A DNA stretch of 64,000 nucleotides from positions 65,782,001-65,846,000 of the forward strand of contig OZ024744.1 in NCBI GenBank assembly GCA_964016885.1. Direction: 5' to 3'. Positions 51,746 to 64,000 of this stretch are shown piece after piece. Below the pieces are notes generated by a model that worked only from the letters and a program-made list of their open reading frames with translations, was not told the origin of the DNA and ran no database searches. The stretch's first letter is position 1. Each line of letters opens with the position of its first letter. The position numbers were made by a program, and so were the translations under genes. The DNA comes from Eledone cirrhosa (lineage: Eukaryota).

Positions 51746-51751
51746 CCTTTC

Positions 51752-51786
<35 letters not shown>

Positions 51787-51838
51787 AGTCTTCCTCCTAC
51801 CTATTTAAGAAGGAGAACAGAACAATAGAACAACATAC

Positions 51839-54800
51839 CTGGTACTTTTTTTCTTCGTGTCCCTTTTTTACGGTCACTTGACGAGCACTCACTAGCTGAG
51901 TCTTCATGGGCTGATGACGATGATGATGAAGAGCCCGTTGCTTCACTGTCTCTTAGCATGCTCTCATATCCACTGCTTGTTCCTCCGCCGTGCACTTTAT
52001 CTGACCGACCGCCCATCTGTGTACGTATTTCTGTACTTACTGTACTACTGTTATCACTGCAATGTCCACTACTTGAATGCCTCACCACTCGTGGTTTTGT
52101 CACAGTTGCATACGGAGACAAGAGAGCTTCTTCACCACCAACAATTTTGTTGACTTTTATGGCACTATCCGTGCTTTTAGTCCGACCCCTACGTCCTTCA
52201 TCATGTGTTTTGGAAGGTGTTACCTTTTCACCTCCACTTTCAGAACCCTTACTTCGTCCCTTTTGCCCATCATCATGTGGTTTTGACTGGGTTAGCTTTT
52301 CAACATTTGCTTTGTCTTTCTTACGCAGTTTTGATAATTGACAAAGGTTTGAAGGGTTAAAGATTGGAAGCCTTGAGCGATTGGGTGATTGGGATTTTGA
52401 CCCAGAAGATCTATTTCGGGCATTAGAATTTGTTGATTGATTTACAAATCTTGAGGCTTTAGAACCTCGCTCTTTGCCCCTACTATTGTGGCTAGATGAC
52501 GTTAATGAAACTGTTGACCCTTTGCAATGTTTAGCTTGAACTGTTGGAGATGAAGATGATGTTTGATGAGGCACTTGATTGTTATGGCCTGATGATGATG
52601 TCAATGATGGTGATGATGGCAGTGAACCTTTGCAATACTTAGCTTGAGTTGTCGGCGATGAAAGTGGAAGCGATGATCCGACATGACTATTATAACTTGA
52701 CGATGACCCTTTAGACAGGCTACCCTGAATTGTTGGAGATGACGGTAGTGCTGGTCCTTGATTAGTATAACCTGATCCCTCAGAAAATTTTGTTTGAACC
52801 TTTGGAGATGAACATGCTTGAGCAGAACCTTGATTGGTAAGGCTAAATGATGCTGGAACCTCACAAAGTTTGGATTGCATTTTCTCAGGTGAAAATGATA
52901 CATCATCTTCCTTTGACTTGATCTTATTTAAAGGTCTCTGCGATAATGAGGGTGACAATGGTGTTATATTATTGTTAAGATTATATACAGGGACTTGAGA
53001 CCCTGAGAACTTAGAAACTGTATCCTCATCATATGGAGAAACCACTGAGTACACTGGTAGACCGGGCATCTCTAAGTTATCATTACTGTCTGACAACAAA
53101 CTGGCATTTTCTGATTGTTTCGATGTTATATATATGCTAGATGATGTTGGGTTAATGGTGTAGTTTTGCTTTATTACAGATACATCAAATGCTCCACTTT
53201 CTTCGTGAAATATTTCTTTTGATAAACAGGGCTCTGATGCGCCATCAAGATTTCGGGAACAGAGAAGCTTACATTCCAAAACAGACTCTTCTTCAGATAC
53301 CTCTTCAAGGTCGGAGAGTTTGCTTCCTTCATACTGACAATGGCTTCGTACGTCCCTCATTAGTGGTGGCTGTTCACTATGAGCTGCATTAAGGGCTTTG
53401 AGTTTTTGGACAGTAATAACACGTTCCTCTTCTTGTGCAATCGCCAAGCTTTCAGCATCTTCTTTTGGAAAAGACACACTACTGAATGTATCATCATCTG
53501 TTGCATCAGGGTTATTTTTCCTGGCAAGTTCCAGCTGTTGATCTACATGAATTTCATAGATTGATTCACGATTTGAAATTAGGAGGTTGGCAAATTCTGT
53601 TTCTGGGTTGTTATCATTGACAGTATCACCACTATTATAGAATCCTTCAAACTTCTGTTCACTATTAACTTCATCGTCAGTAAACCAAACTCTATCAATC
53701 TCTTTACCTAGAGCCTTAGCATCTATTGATGCTAAAGTCTCAGAGCCAATGACCCCAGTATGTTTCAATGCTCCAAACTTGAGATTTATATTTGGACTAG
53801 AATTTCCAGTTTTCATTTCATGCTTACATTGCTCGTCATCAGTTGAAACAGTTTTCAGCCACTCAGCAACTCTTCTGGTTGTGTGAGCATTATTAACACC
53901 AACACAGTCTGTTGTTTCTGAGATTGGATCAATTCTAGTTGATGATGGCTGGATACTGTTTATTGTTGGGCATGATATGATGGAAGCTTGGGGTTGGCTA
54001 TAATTTGTGAAGGATTCTAGGCTTCCTATGACTTGATTACATGAATCAACTATAAAACCGAGGTTCGGATCGTTTTCTCCGCACGGTGCTGGTAAAGAAC
54101 CATCTGGAAATGTTCCATGTCTTTCAACCCAGCCCGTAACAAATTTCTCCAAACCGTCCTCGATGCCATTCTCAATGCTATTTGCAATTGCATCAACAGA
54201 GATATCTTCTTCTACAGATTGCACATTACTATGGAAACTTACTGGTCTTGAATCTGATGGCTCAGCATTTACTGAATCTGCACTAGCTGTGCTTTCAGGT
54301 CGTGACCCTTGGTTAGGTGTATCTTGCTGTGTAATGTTTGAGTCAATAGGGGCAGAAAGCATTGGGGACAGTGAAACAGCAATACTTCTGTCTGGCGATT
54401 TGCGATTAGATGTGGACGGCTGGTTTGTTTGTAAAGGACATTTCTTTCTGCTGCTTGGCCCAAAGTGCTTTGCTTGGTTGATATTAGATACCCGTGTGTC
54501 ACAAGTGGACATGTCCGCACCACTGCTAGGTCCATCTATCCAACGCTCTGACTCGCATTCCTCTTTTGGCATTGCTACACTCCTTACAGTCTGGGTATCT
54601 CCATCAGAAGAATTCCCATTTCGTCGCTTAGCAACCCAGACACGTCCCCTAAAACTCTCGTCTGTTTCTTTAATAGCTCGAGGTTGTTTTCTGGAAGACC
54701 CATTGCTTGTTCTCACCATAAATGCCTGAGGACCATCAACCCACAACTCTGTACTCTTTTTATCAGGGTAGATAGCAGCCCCGGGACCATCTACCCATTG

Positions 54801-55409
54801 TTCCATGAACTCTGAACCTTCGTTGTTTATCTGGTGTCGACCATTCATTCCACCTTCAGGTTTAAATTTCGATAATGGCATCTTTTGCTTAATATTTGTC
54901 CTACGGGCGATTTGATAGCCAGTAGAAGACGGGACCAGTGGTGGAGAGGGACAGTCATGTGAGGAACTTGGAGTTGCAACAGGCGACATGACAGGTATTC
55001 GTGACTGTGGACTTGGCTCCCGATTATAATACAATTTGCTGACAGAAACACGCCCAGAATCTACCGGGGAAAATTTTCTACCAGTATCTGATGCAGATCC
55101 TTCATCTCCTGACGACCTGGATCCACTTGTTCGACGTGGCAGGCGTGGATTTGTTCGAGGAAGCAAGGGCAGGGATTTTGGGGGACCTTCGTTATCGGTC
55201 AGCTCTCGGTCACTCAATGACTGACCGTTGATTCCCATATATATCACAGTGTCACATGACTGTTCGCTACCCGACGTACAGTCTGGGTCTGATAGGGAAG
55301 ATGAGTATAGGAAATCTTCTCTAAGGGTACCCATTCGAAAGCCTCTTAAAGGTCGTCGTAACCTTCCAGATTCATCTGTAGAACTGTCCTCAGAACTGGT
55401 ACTTGAAAA
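51839..55409 (-). CDS. KIF26: KIF26-like giant exon (3571 nt), Ser/Pro-rich stalk
   Basis: ttttcag|TTT...CCAG|gtatg inside the 1214-aa ORF; contains KIF26 motifs SSSLSDPDCTSGSEQSCDTVIY, LSDRELTDNEGPP, SPYATVTKPR and SSGYESMLRDSE. Confidence 0.93.
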
Positions 55410-55477
55410 CTGAAAAAGTTTACAGGAAAGAACAAAAAAAAACAAAAAAACAAGGTATAGTTTAATTGACTAAATCT

Positions 55478-56380
55478 ATGTGTATGTGTGTGTTTATTCT
55501 ATGTGTGTGTGTTGCATCTATGCAATCTATGTTCTATGTGTGTGTGTTGCATCTGTGTGTGTGGTGTGCCTGTGTGCTTGTATGTGTGCTGTGTCTGTGT
55601 GTTTGTTGTATGTGTGTTTGTGTATGTGTGTGGGCTGTGTATGTGTGTGTGTTGTATCTGTGTGTGTGTGTGTGTGTGTGTATGTGGTGCCTGTGTGTTT
55701 GTTGTATGTGTGTCTGTGTGTTTGTTGTATGTGTTTGAGCTGTGTCTGTGTTTGTGTGTGTGTTGTTTCTGTGTGTTTGTTGTGTGTGTGTGCGTTGTGT
55801 CTGTGTGTTTGTTATGTGTGCGTGCGTTGTGTCTGTGTGTTTGTTATGTGTGTGTGCGTTGTGTCTGTGTGTGTGCTGTGTCTGTGTGTTTGTTGTGTGT
55901 GTCTGTGTGTTTGTTGTGTGTGTGTTTGTGTCTGTGTGTGTGTTGTGTGTGTTGTGTGTGTGCTGTGTCTGTGTGTGCTGTGTCTGTGTGTTTGTTGTAT
56001 GTGTGTTTGTGTATGTGTGTGTTGTGTGTGTGTGTGTGTTGTGTGTTTGTTGTGTGTGTGTGTATATATGTGTGTGTTGTGTATGTGTTTGTTGTGTATG
56101 TGTGTGTTGTGTATGTGTGTGTGTATGTGTTGTGTATGTGTGTGTGTTGTGTGTGTGTGTTTGTTGTATGTGTGTGTTTGTTGTGTGTGTGTATGTGTAT
56201 ATGTGTTTGTTGTGTATGTGTGTGTTTGTTGTGTGTGTGTGTGCTTGTGTATGTGTGTTTGTTGTGTGTGTGTATATGTGTGTGTTGTGTATGTGTGTGT
56301 GTGTGTTGTTGGTGTATATGTGTGTGTTGTGTATGTGTGTGTTTGTTGTGTGTGTGTGTGCTTTTGTATGTGACTTTATG
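55478..56380. repeat. 900-bp degenerate (TG)n/(CA)n tract
   Basis: Directly visible; source of the Cys/Val ORFs. Confidence 0.95.
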
Positions 56381-56659
56381 TGAGTATGTATTTATTGCAT
56401 ATAGGAGTATGCATGTAGTGTGTATGGGAGTTTGTCATGTATACAATAGCAGTAATACTGCAGGGTCAACTTTGCTTTTATTAAAAACTCCATAAGAAAA
56501 CATTGATAGAATTGGAATCAGACTCAGCATTATGGTTTTGCAGAAAACACTTTTGGGAACAGCAAATATTCTACAAAAAGTAGTCTATCTGAGGTTACAT
56601 AACTTGATAGAGAGTTAATTAAATGATCCAGTGTTAATTAAATCATCACTGTGTAAATT

Positions 56660-57188
56660 AATATAATAATAAGTGTTTCTACTTTTGGCACAAGGCCAGC
56701 AATTATCCAGTACATTACTGGTATTTTATTTTATCGACCCCGTAAGGATTCAACATCCATTTTGAGAAAAATCTGTTTCAAAGGGGTTTTGTACCGCCTT
56801 GCAATATTTCTCCTTGTACTGCTACCTACTGCAACAGTTTCAGCATTTCTAAACATAAAGGGGCGTAACTCTATGTTGCAAAGCATGGTGTCTGATTAAT
56901 AATTGTTTCGACTTTTGGCACAAGGCCAGCAATGACCCAGTGCATTACTGGTGCTTTATTTTTATCGACCCCGTAAGAATGAAAGGTAAAGTTAATCTTG
57001 GTGGGATTTGAACTCAGTCCATAAAGGGACGTAACTCTATGCTGGAAAGCATGGCGTCCGACCCTCTACCGATACTGCCAATCCACCACAATCCGAATAA
57101 TAATAATAATAATTGTTTCTACTTTTGGCACAAGGCCAGCAATTACCCAGTACATTACTGGTACTTTATTTTATCGACCCCGTAAGGA

Positions 57189-57220
<32 letters not shown>

Positions 57221-57406
57221 TGTTTCTACTTTAGGCACAAGGCCAGCAATTACCCAGTGCATTACTGGTACTTTATTTTATCGACCCCGTAAGGATGAAA
57301 GGCAAAGTCAACCTCGGCGGGATTTGAGCTCAGATCGTAAATGGACGTAACTATGCTGGAAAGCATGGCGTCTAACCCTCTACCGATACTGCCAATCCAC
57401 CGCCCT

Positions 57407-57450
<44 letters not shown>

Positions 57451-57630
57451 TGTTTCTATTTTAGGCACAAGGCCAGCAATTTGAAGAGGAGGGTAGAGTC
57501 GATTAAATCGACCCCAGCGCGTGACTGGTACTTTATTTTATCGACCCCGTAATGATGAAAGGTAAAGCTAACCTCGGCGGGATTTGAACTCAGAACGTAA
57601 AGGGACGTAACTCTACGCCGCAAAGCATAC
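56660..57630 (-). mobile_element. head-to-tail cluster of about 5 SINE-A copies/partials separated by (AAT)n
   Basis: Repeated TGTTTCxAxTTTxGGCACAAGGCCAGCAAT starts at about 56673, 56903, 57113, 57221, 57450. Confidence 0.9.
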
Positions 57631-57978
57631 TAATAATATATACAGTCAAAATGTTCTAAAATTGATAAGCTACACCATTTGTCTTACACATTGGACTCTG
57701 AATAACACACTTTTATATTACTTTTTCAGATTCACGTACTTCTAGAAATTTATCTACTCGGAACATTTTTTTTTTATTACTAAATGATGAGAAAATAGTA
57801 ATAAATAATCTAATTATCTCCCTTGCATCTTCAAGCGTTTTGGAGTTGTCTCCCATAGCTGCGCCAGCGTATGAAAACGTTATTTTCTCATTATTTTGTG
57901 GTTTTTACAATGCTGACAACCAACAATTAGCTGGTGTAAAATTGCTATATGGAAAGAGAATGTAAGAAATATTGTTAC

Positions 57979-58141
57979 CTTCATTTTCCGTCTCCGCAAA
58001 CGATGGATCCGAGAAGCTAGCTGGATTACCTGTAGTGTCTCACTATAATGTGTGGTGGTTGCTGATACATGCGCTATCATACAGGTACGACAAGACACGT
58101 TACCAAGGGAATCTCTTAGCAGCCTTGCAATCTTGGCATCT
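57979..58141 (-). CDS. KIF26: KIF26-like exon, end of motor domain
   Basis: ttccag|A...AAG|gtaac, 163 nt; DAKIARLLRDSLGNVSCRTCMIAHVSATTTHYSETLQVIQLASRIHRLRRRKMK; phase fits both neighbours. Confidence 0.93.
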
Positions 58142-58674
58142 CTGGAAAAATTTAAATATTAAGTGACAGAATTGGCAAAAACAAAAAAAAAACAAAAAAC
58201 AAAAAAAAAATAAATAAAAAAAATAAATAAATAATAAAACTGTGTAAATAAAAAAATTTTAAAAATCCAAACTCAAACACGAAACTATAATTTCCAAGGC
58301 TTTAATAAAAGTATGCATTATAAATACACTTAAATAAATTTTAATAAAATTCTGAACATAGCTTGTCTAACACATGGCATATCACTTTTCCAACTAAATG
58401 TTTTGTTCAAACCTTTAATACCTGTATTCTCATAAGCCGACTGACTAGATGTCTTTTAAGAGCAGAAACTTTCATGTTAATGTGGTTTTCATTATGTATA
58501 TATATATTTTATAGAAGATGATGATGATATATTAAGACATCATTTATGACAGCTTTATAACTGGTGGCCTTATTATTTAATGTATATTTTGTCTGCTTAT
58601 TGTACAATCAACTGTTTAATGCACACACACACATACATGTATGTATGTATATTTATATATTTATATATGGATAC

Positions 58675-58739
<65 letters not shown>

Positions 58740-58757
58740 GGGAGAGAGAGAGATGGA

Positions 58758-58833
<76 letters not shown>

Positions 58834-59104
58834 AAGAAAGAGTGTGAGGGCATGCAGTCGCAGAAATAATGGCAAAAATAGAATGTATGAGTAATATGTG
58901 CCCACCCTACCCCTGGATCTGATTAGTCTCAGACAAGCGGAACTTGTTTAACCCATACAAGCATGAAAAGCAGATGTAAAACAATGACACAACAACGATG
59001 ATGACAATGATGATGATGATGATGTTATATTTAAAGCATGGCTGCAGTCTAATGACTGACACTAATAAATATGTATGTATGAATGCATACATATATTCAT
59101 TGTA

Positions 59105-60005
59105 TATCATCATCATCATTTTACGTCCGCTTTTCCCTGCTTGTAAGGGTGGGGCGAGTCCTATTCAGCATGGCATCTCTCCACTTGTCACGGTCCTTCA
59201 TCATCTCCTCGCTGAGTTTCAGCAATCTGAGGTCAGCTCTCACCACCTCCGCCCATGTTTTTCATGGTCTACCTCTACTGCGTCTTCCTTCTACTGGGAT
59301 TTCTTGGCACCTCTTTACCCAGCGGTCATCCTCCATGCGCATCACATGTCCATACCATCTCAGTCTTCTCTCCTGCACACCACAACTTATCCCTCTTAAA
59401 CCCAGTTTCTTTCTCAACTCGTCTATGCTTGGTCGTTCATGTGCATTAACATTGCACATCCAACGGAGCATACTTGCTTCATTTTTCTCCAGCCGTCACA
59501 TATCCTCTGCAGTTGCTGCCCAAGTCTCACTATCATGCACATCATGCATCTCACACAGGCATCATATAACCGTCCTTTTGTACGCAGGGAGAAACCCATC
59601 TTTGTCAACAGAGGAAGCAACTCCCTAAACTTCTTCCAACCCGTCCTTATTCTAGATACTATGGCCTCGGACCCCCCCCCCCCCCTCCCATGCTAATCTG
59701 ATCACCTAGGTACCGGAAGCTATCAACCACTTCCACATATACATCATCATCACCATCATCATCACCATCATCATTTAACGTCCATCTTCCATGCTAGCAT
59801 GGGTTAGATGGTCTTGTTCCATTTGATGCGGGAATGGTTGGGAGACCGTGTCTTGTTCATACGGAAGTGTCTCTGGCAGGTTTTTACAGCTGGATGCCCT
59901 TCCTAACACCAACCACATTTACAGTGTGGACTGGGAGCCTTTTTACCGTGTCTCCTACACGGCCACACACAGTGTGGACTGTTGTGTCATCGACACAGTG
60001 GACAG
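59105..60005 (-). mobile_element. two RTE fragments (ORF C-terminus; 3' UTR with tail)
   Basis: MLRWMCNVNAHERPSIDELRKKLGLRGISCGVQERRLRWYGHVMR; (CAT)n-led UTR copy from 59743. Confidence 0.85.
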
Positions 60006-60489
60006 AATGGGAAAGAGAGGATGGGGTACGGTGTGTGGGGAGGGGTGTACATTGGGTTAAGAGGTGCTGACTGACAGTAGGTTTGTATGCAATGGCAGTC
60101 GGGTCTTCTGTATACATATATATATATACACACACACACATATATATATAAATGCAGAGAGAGAGAAAGGGAGAAGGAGGGAGTGAGAAAAAAGTGAGTG
60201 ACAAACAGATGAATATATAGAGACAGAGAAGGAGAAAGATAAAGCTATTTAGCTACTTAGTGAAGTTGGTGTCAACATACTTAACATAATAAGGCAAGGA
60301 ATTTTAATTAAAATAGTTAAAATTACACCTATAATGAGAAAATAACCATTATGTTAATAGCTAATTCTGGTGAAACAAGTCAAGGGAGACAACCTGGAAT
60401 ATAAACTAATTAGAATTAATTAAACTAGACTAGATTGAATCTGTTCTTTATCAGCATCTATGCTCCCCTCCCCTGCAATGAGCCAACGA

Positions 60490-60830
60490 AGATGGACCTC
60501 CGTCAGTTTCGACAATGACTGTTCCAGCTGTTTGATCAACATGGAACAGCTTGCGCATAAAATTAATATGTAAATGACTGAGCATTCCACAGACAAGTGT
60601 ATTCTTAACATAATTCTCAGGGAGATTCAGCATGAAACAGTTTGCAACAAGGCTTGACTTTTAAATTGTAGTACATCTGTCGTGCTTCCAAACAGTTTCC
60701 GTCTACTCAATTTCACTCACAAAATATGGCGTTGACCCGAGGCTATGGTAGATGACATTTACCCAAAATGCTACATGGTGGGATTGAACCCGAGTCCTAA
60801 TGATTGTGAAATGAACCTCTTAACCTTTAG
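60490..60830. mobile_element. third SINE-like repeat family
   Basis: Block GCTGAGCATTCCACAGACA..TGTA...TAA..TA.TTCTC recurs at 48990-49130 and 61705-61755. Confidence 0.6.
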
Positions 60831-61274
60831 CATGCTGAATTTTTTTAATGAATGCTTCCCTTGACATTGCATTATGTATTAAGGGGAGATTACTCTATTG
60901 GCAACATAAAGCACCTACAACATGCTGAAGGTTAAATATTTGACTTTGCTGCATCCAGACATACAGTCTCCTAGACACACACATATACGCATACATGCAT
61001 GCACACATTTATATTTCACATATAGAATTACTGTTGAATGAATCTTGTTGGTGTGTACTACATACACTCTGCAACATAACATACATAATAGAAAGACCAA
61101 TTTTAGATTCACTATCAATTATCAAGTTTCATTTAATCTGCTGCAACAAACCATATTTTGTTGCTAAATAGTAATTGTTGCTTAGGTTACATGTTGGTAA
61201 ACTAATTTACAGATTCACATTGATTTTAGAAATACAAAACATTATTTCTATATAGTTGAAGTCATGTTCTAAAT

Positions 61275-61686
61275 AGCTCCGATGTCTGGCAACTGACTTG
61301 GTAAACATCCACAAAATGATTAACCATCTTGCTAACAACAACCCTGAGCACCATTTTCAATTCCATGTGTCTAATACCCATGGACATACTTACAAAGTCA
61401 GAAAACAGTACAGCTCTCATGACGTTTGGAAACATTTTTTCATGCACAGAGTTTGGAAACATTTTTTCATGCATCAGTTGTTAGCTGCCAGGACATTGCA
61501 TCCTTCAAAACTTCCATGCTTCCTGAAATTTGCCAACACTACACCTGATATTCCCCTCCATACACATGTGTGTGTATCTGTGTGTACACCATGACTCATA
61601 CACTGTTCACTTTCCTGACATTTGTACATTATTCTATGTACTATACATGCACCATTGATGAGTTGTAGTACAATTTTCATTATTAT
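61275..61686 (+). mobile_element. CR1-type LINE 3' fragment, same family as 2791-3229
   Basis: HKMINHLANNNPEH...THGHTYKVRKQ and a matching UTR. Confidence 0.8.
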
Positions 61687-62399
61687 ATATTTTTGGACAT
61701 ATTAATAAGTGGCTGAGTATTCCACAGATACAAATCTCTATTACATAATTCTCAAGCAAAAAAAAAAAATCAACATGGAACAACATATGGTATGGCTGGA
61801 AGTTTTGGTTTATATGCACAATCCATATGATTGTTTCCCACATAGTTCCTGTTTAACCAATTTCATGCACAGACTTGGGTTGATCAGAGGCTATGTTAAA
61901 ATGCATTTGGTCAAGATGCTATGTGGCAGGTTGAAACTGAAGACCCCCCCCCCTTCCTCCTCCTCCTCATCATCATCATCACCAACACCACCAGCACCAC
62001 CACCACCATCATCATCATCAACATTGTTTTAAAGTCCACTTTACCTGCTAGCAAAGGTTTGATGAGTCTATATAGACCAAGTCAATACTGAAGCGATGGC
62101 TACTGATCTCCCAGACAAGCCAAGAATCTGTTGTCTCGCTTATGTACAGTCTCACACACAGCTGAGGGTGCTCTCAACCCTTTATTTGGCAAGTCTTTTA
62201 CGGTTTGATGCCCTTTCTATCACCAACTACTTCACAGCATATACTGAGTGTGTTTATCATGGAGATCTCCAACATCAAGGTGACTATCATGTACTTAACA
62301 TGACTGAAGGGTTTTCTCGACTCATAATTGTGAAATGATCCACGCAGCAATACCCACTTCCAGGCATTTAAATATGCTTTATTTACTTTATTTTAAAGT

Positions 62400-62745
62400 T
62401 GTGAATTAGAAGAGTCATTAAAAAAGCCGGCCTTACCCAATTGCACCTCTCAAAGGCGTCATGCAGTAATACAGAAGACCTGACTTCCCACAGGTACAAG
62501 CCGAAGCTGAAGCATAGAGACAATATGCCCCCACCCCATACTGTGAAGTGGACGTGTAGGTGCCACAGAAAAAAGCACCCATTACTCACTGTAAATGAGG
62601 TTTGTGTTAGGACCGGCATCCAGCTGTAGAAATCAAGTCTGAATCAGTTCCTGTATGAGCAAGACAAGGTCAGCCGACTGGACACTGCCCACAACAGGAC
62701 AACCCGTCTAACCCATGCTAGCATGGAAAAACGGACGTAAAATGG

Positions 62746-62778
<33 letters not shown>
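62400..62778 (+). mobile_element. RTE 3' end fragment
   Basis: High-identity reverse complement of about 15300-15700; (GAT)n tail. Confidence 0.85.
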
Positions 62779-62780
<2 letters not shown>

Positions 62781-63652
62781 AAAACGTCAGAATGCTTTTT
62801 AGGAATTGTTCTGGCTCTTTGCACCCTGAGTTCAAATCCCGCTGGAGTCAACTTCATGTTTTATTCTTTTGAGGTTGCTAAAAAAAAGTGCCAGTCTAGT
62901 TTTCTTCTGAATCTTTTCCCCACTTCCTCTCTCTCTTTCTTTGGAAGAAATCATATGTATTCAGTCCCAGAGAGGAATGATCTTGATTAGGCTTCAAATG
63001 CCCGAGACACATTGTATGTCACTACGGTGATCCCACAACTCCACCAGGAGTTATGGGTTAATACATACATACATACACACACATATACACACATACATAG
63101 ATACATACATACACTTTATTTCATCTGAAGAAAAAGTGTTTAACTAGTTATCTTGATTGGTAAGTTAGGTAGGTATGCAGGTAGATATATATATATATAT
63201 ATAATGGAGGCACATGGCTTAGTGGTTAGAGCATTGGCCTTGCAATCGAAAGGTTGTGAGTTCAATTCTCAGACCGGGTGATGTGTTGTTTCCTTGAGCA
63301 AGACACTTTATTTCACATTGCTCCAGTTTACTCAGCTGTAGAATTGAGATGACAGGGACTGGGGTCCATATCATTCCACTGCAAAGTGGTCGTGTAGGTG
63401 CCACGGCAAAAAAGCACCCAGCACTCACTGTAAATGAGGTTGGTGTTAGGAAGGGCATCCAGCTGTAGAAATCAAGCCAAAATCAGTTCCCGTCCCACCC
63501 TTGCAAGCAAGGAAAAAGCGGATGTAAAATGAACTGATGATGATGATGATGATGATTGATAAATATATAGACAAACAGACAGACAGATAAACAGATAGAC
63601 AAATAGAAAGCTAGCTACAACAGAAACAGTATGAGTTGAAATAATATATTAC

Positions 63653-63797
63653 CTGTGAGGTATATGTCGTTGTCCATTGAGAAGAGCCAGTATAACATTT
63701 CCTAGTGCTGAAAGGCTCAGCGAGACATTATTAGGATCTTTCGACTTTGAGCAACTCCCAAGATCAATGAAATGTAAGCGACTCCTTCCACCAGCCA
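63653..63797 (-). CDS. KIF26: KIF26-like (kinesin-11) exon, motor switch II region
   Basis: ttag|TG...CACAG|gtaa, 145 nt; [48 protein letters not shown]. GGRSRLHxIDLGSC is characteristic of KIF26. Confidence 0.93.
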
Positions 63798-64000
63798 CTA
63801 AATCAACCGAAAAATGTAAATAGTCAGTGAGGTCTATAAGGATTACGCTAGTCTGGTATAAACTAGTTTTAAGCTACTCCACAAGAAACTGAAATGAATT
63901 GTGAAGCATGCAGAACAATTTTCTTCCCACTATGTTGTAACAAGGTAGCAGATTAGCAGAATTGTTAGGGTGATGGAATAAATGCTTTGTAATATTTTTT

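Noticed and set aside
51801-55445. 1214-aa ORF as a stand-alone gene
   Set aside because: Its ends are intronic; splice sites at 55409 and 51839 link it in phase to KIF26 exons.
55466-56495. Cys/Val-rich ORFs resembling metallothionein or keratin-associated proteins
   Set aside because: Translations of TG microsatellite, open in all frames.
63750-63770. DLGSC in place of the kinesin DLAGSE as a sign of a pseudogene
   Set aside because: This deviation is the normal kinesin-11/KIF26 state.

Overview
AT-rich, microsatellite-laden animal genomic DNA; the repeat landscape looks octopod/cephalopod-like (inference). Most ORFs in the supplied track are microsatellite or transposon artefacts. Two spliced genes converge tail-to-tail. 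On +, the last two coding exons of the bHLH-Zip factor MAX (4830-4953, 7499-7665). On -, the last six coding exons of a kinesin-11/KIF26-like gene (63797 to 38761), including a 3571-nt exon; the splice phases of all exons chain correctly. The rest is mobile DNA: a 5'-truncated RTE-clade LINE with an unbroken frame and a PHD finger inside its RT region, a hAT/Buster element with TIRs and an 8-bp TSD carrying a minisatellite and a twin-primed LINE, mariner, Helitron, CR1 and L1/Tx1 remnants, two tRNA-derived SINE families, a TTAA-flanked piggyBac-like MITE family, and a 48-bp minisatellite amplified from the RTE 3' UTR. The most unusual signal is a cluster of short fold-back elements in (TA)n tracts at 33.1-35.3 kb. 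Two carry complete type I hammerhead-ribozyme motifs, others carry partial motifs, and several share a short tail motif. They are best explained as inverted, hammerhead-bearing ends of Penelope-like retroelements or a derived non-autonomous family. All calls are by eye; nothing was searched or computed.
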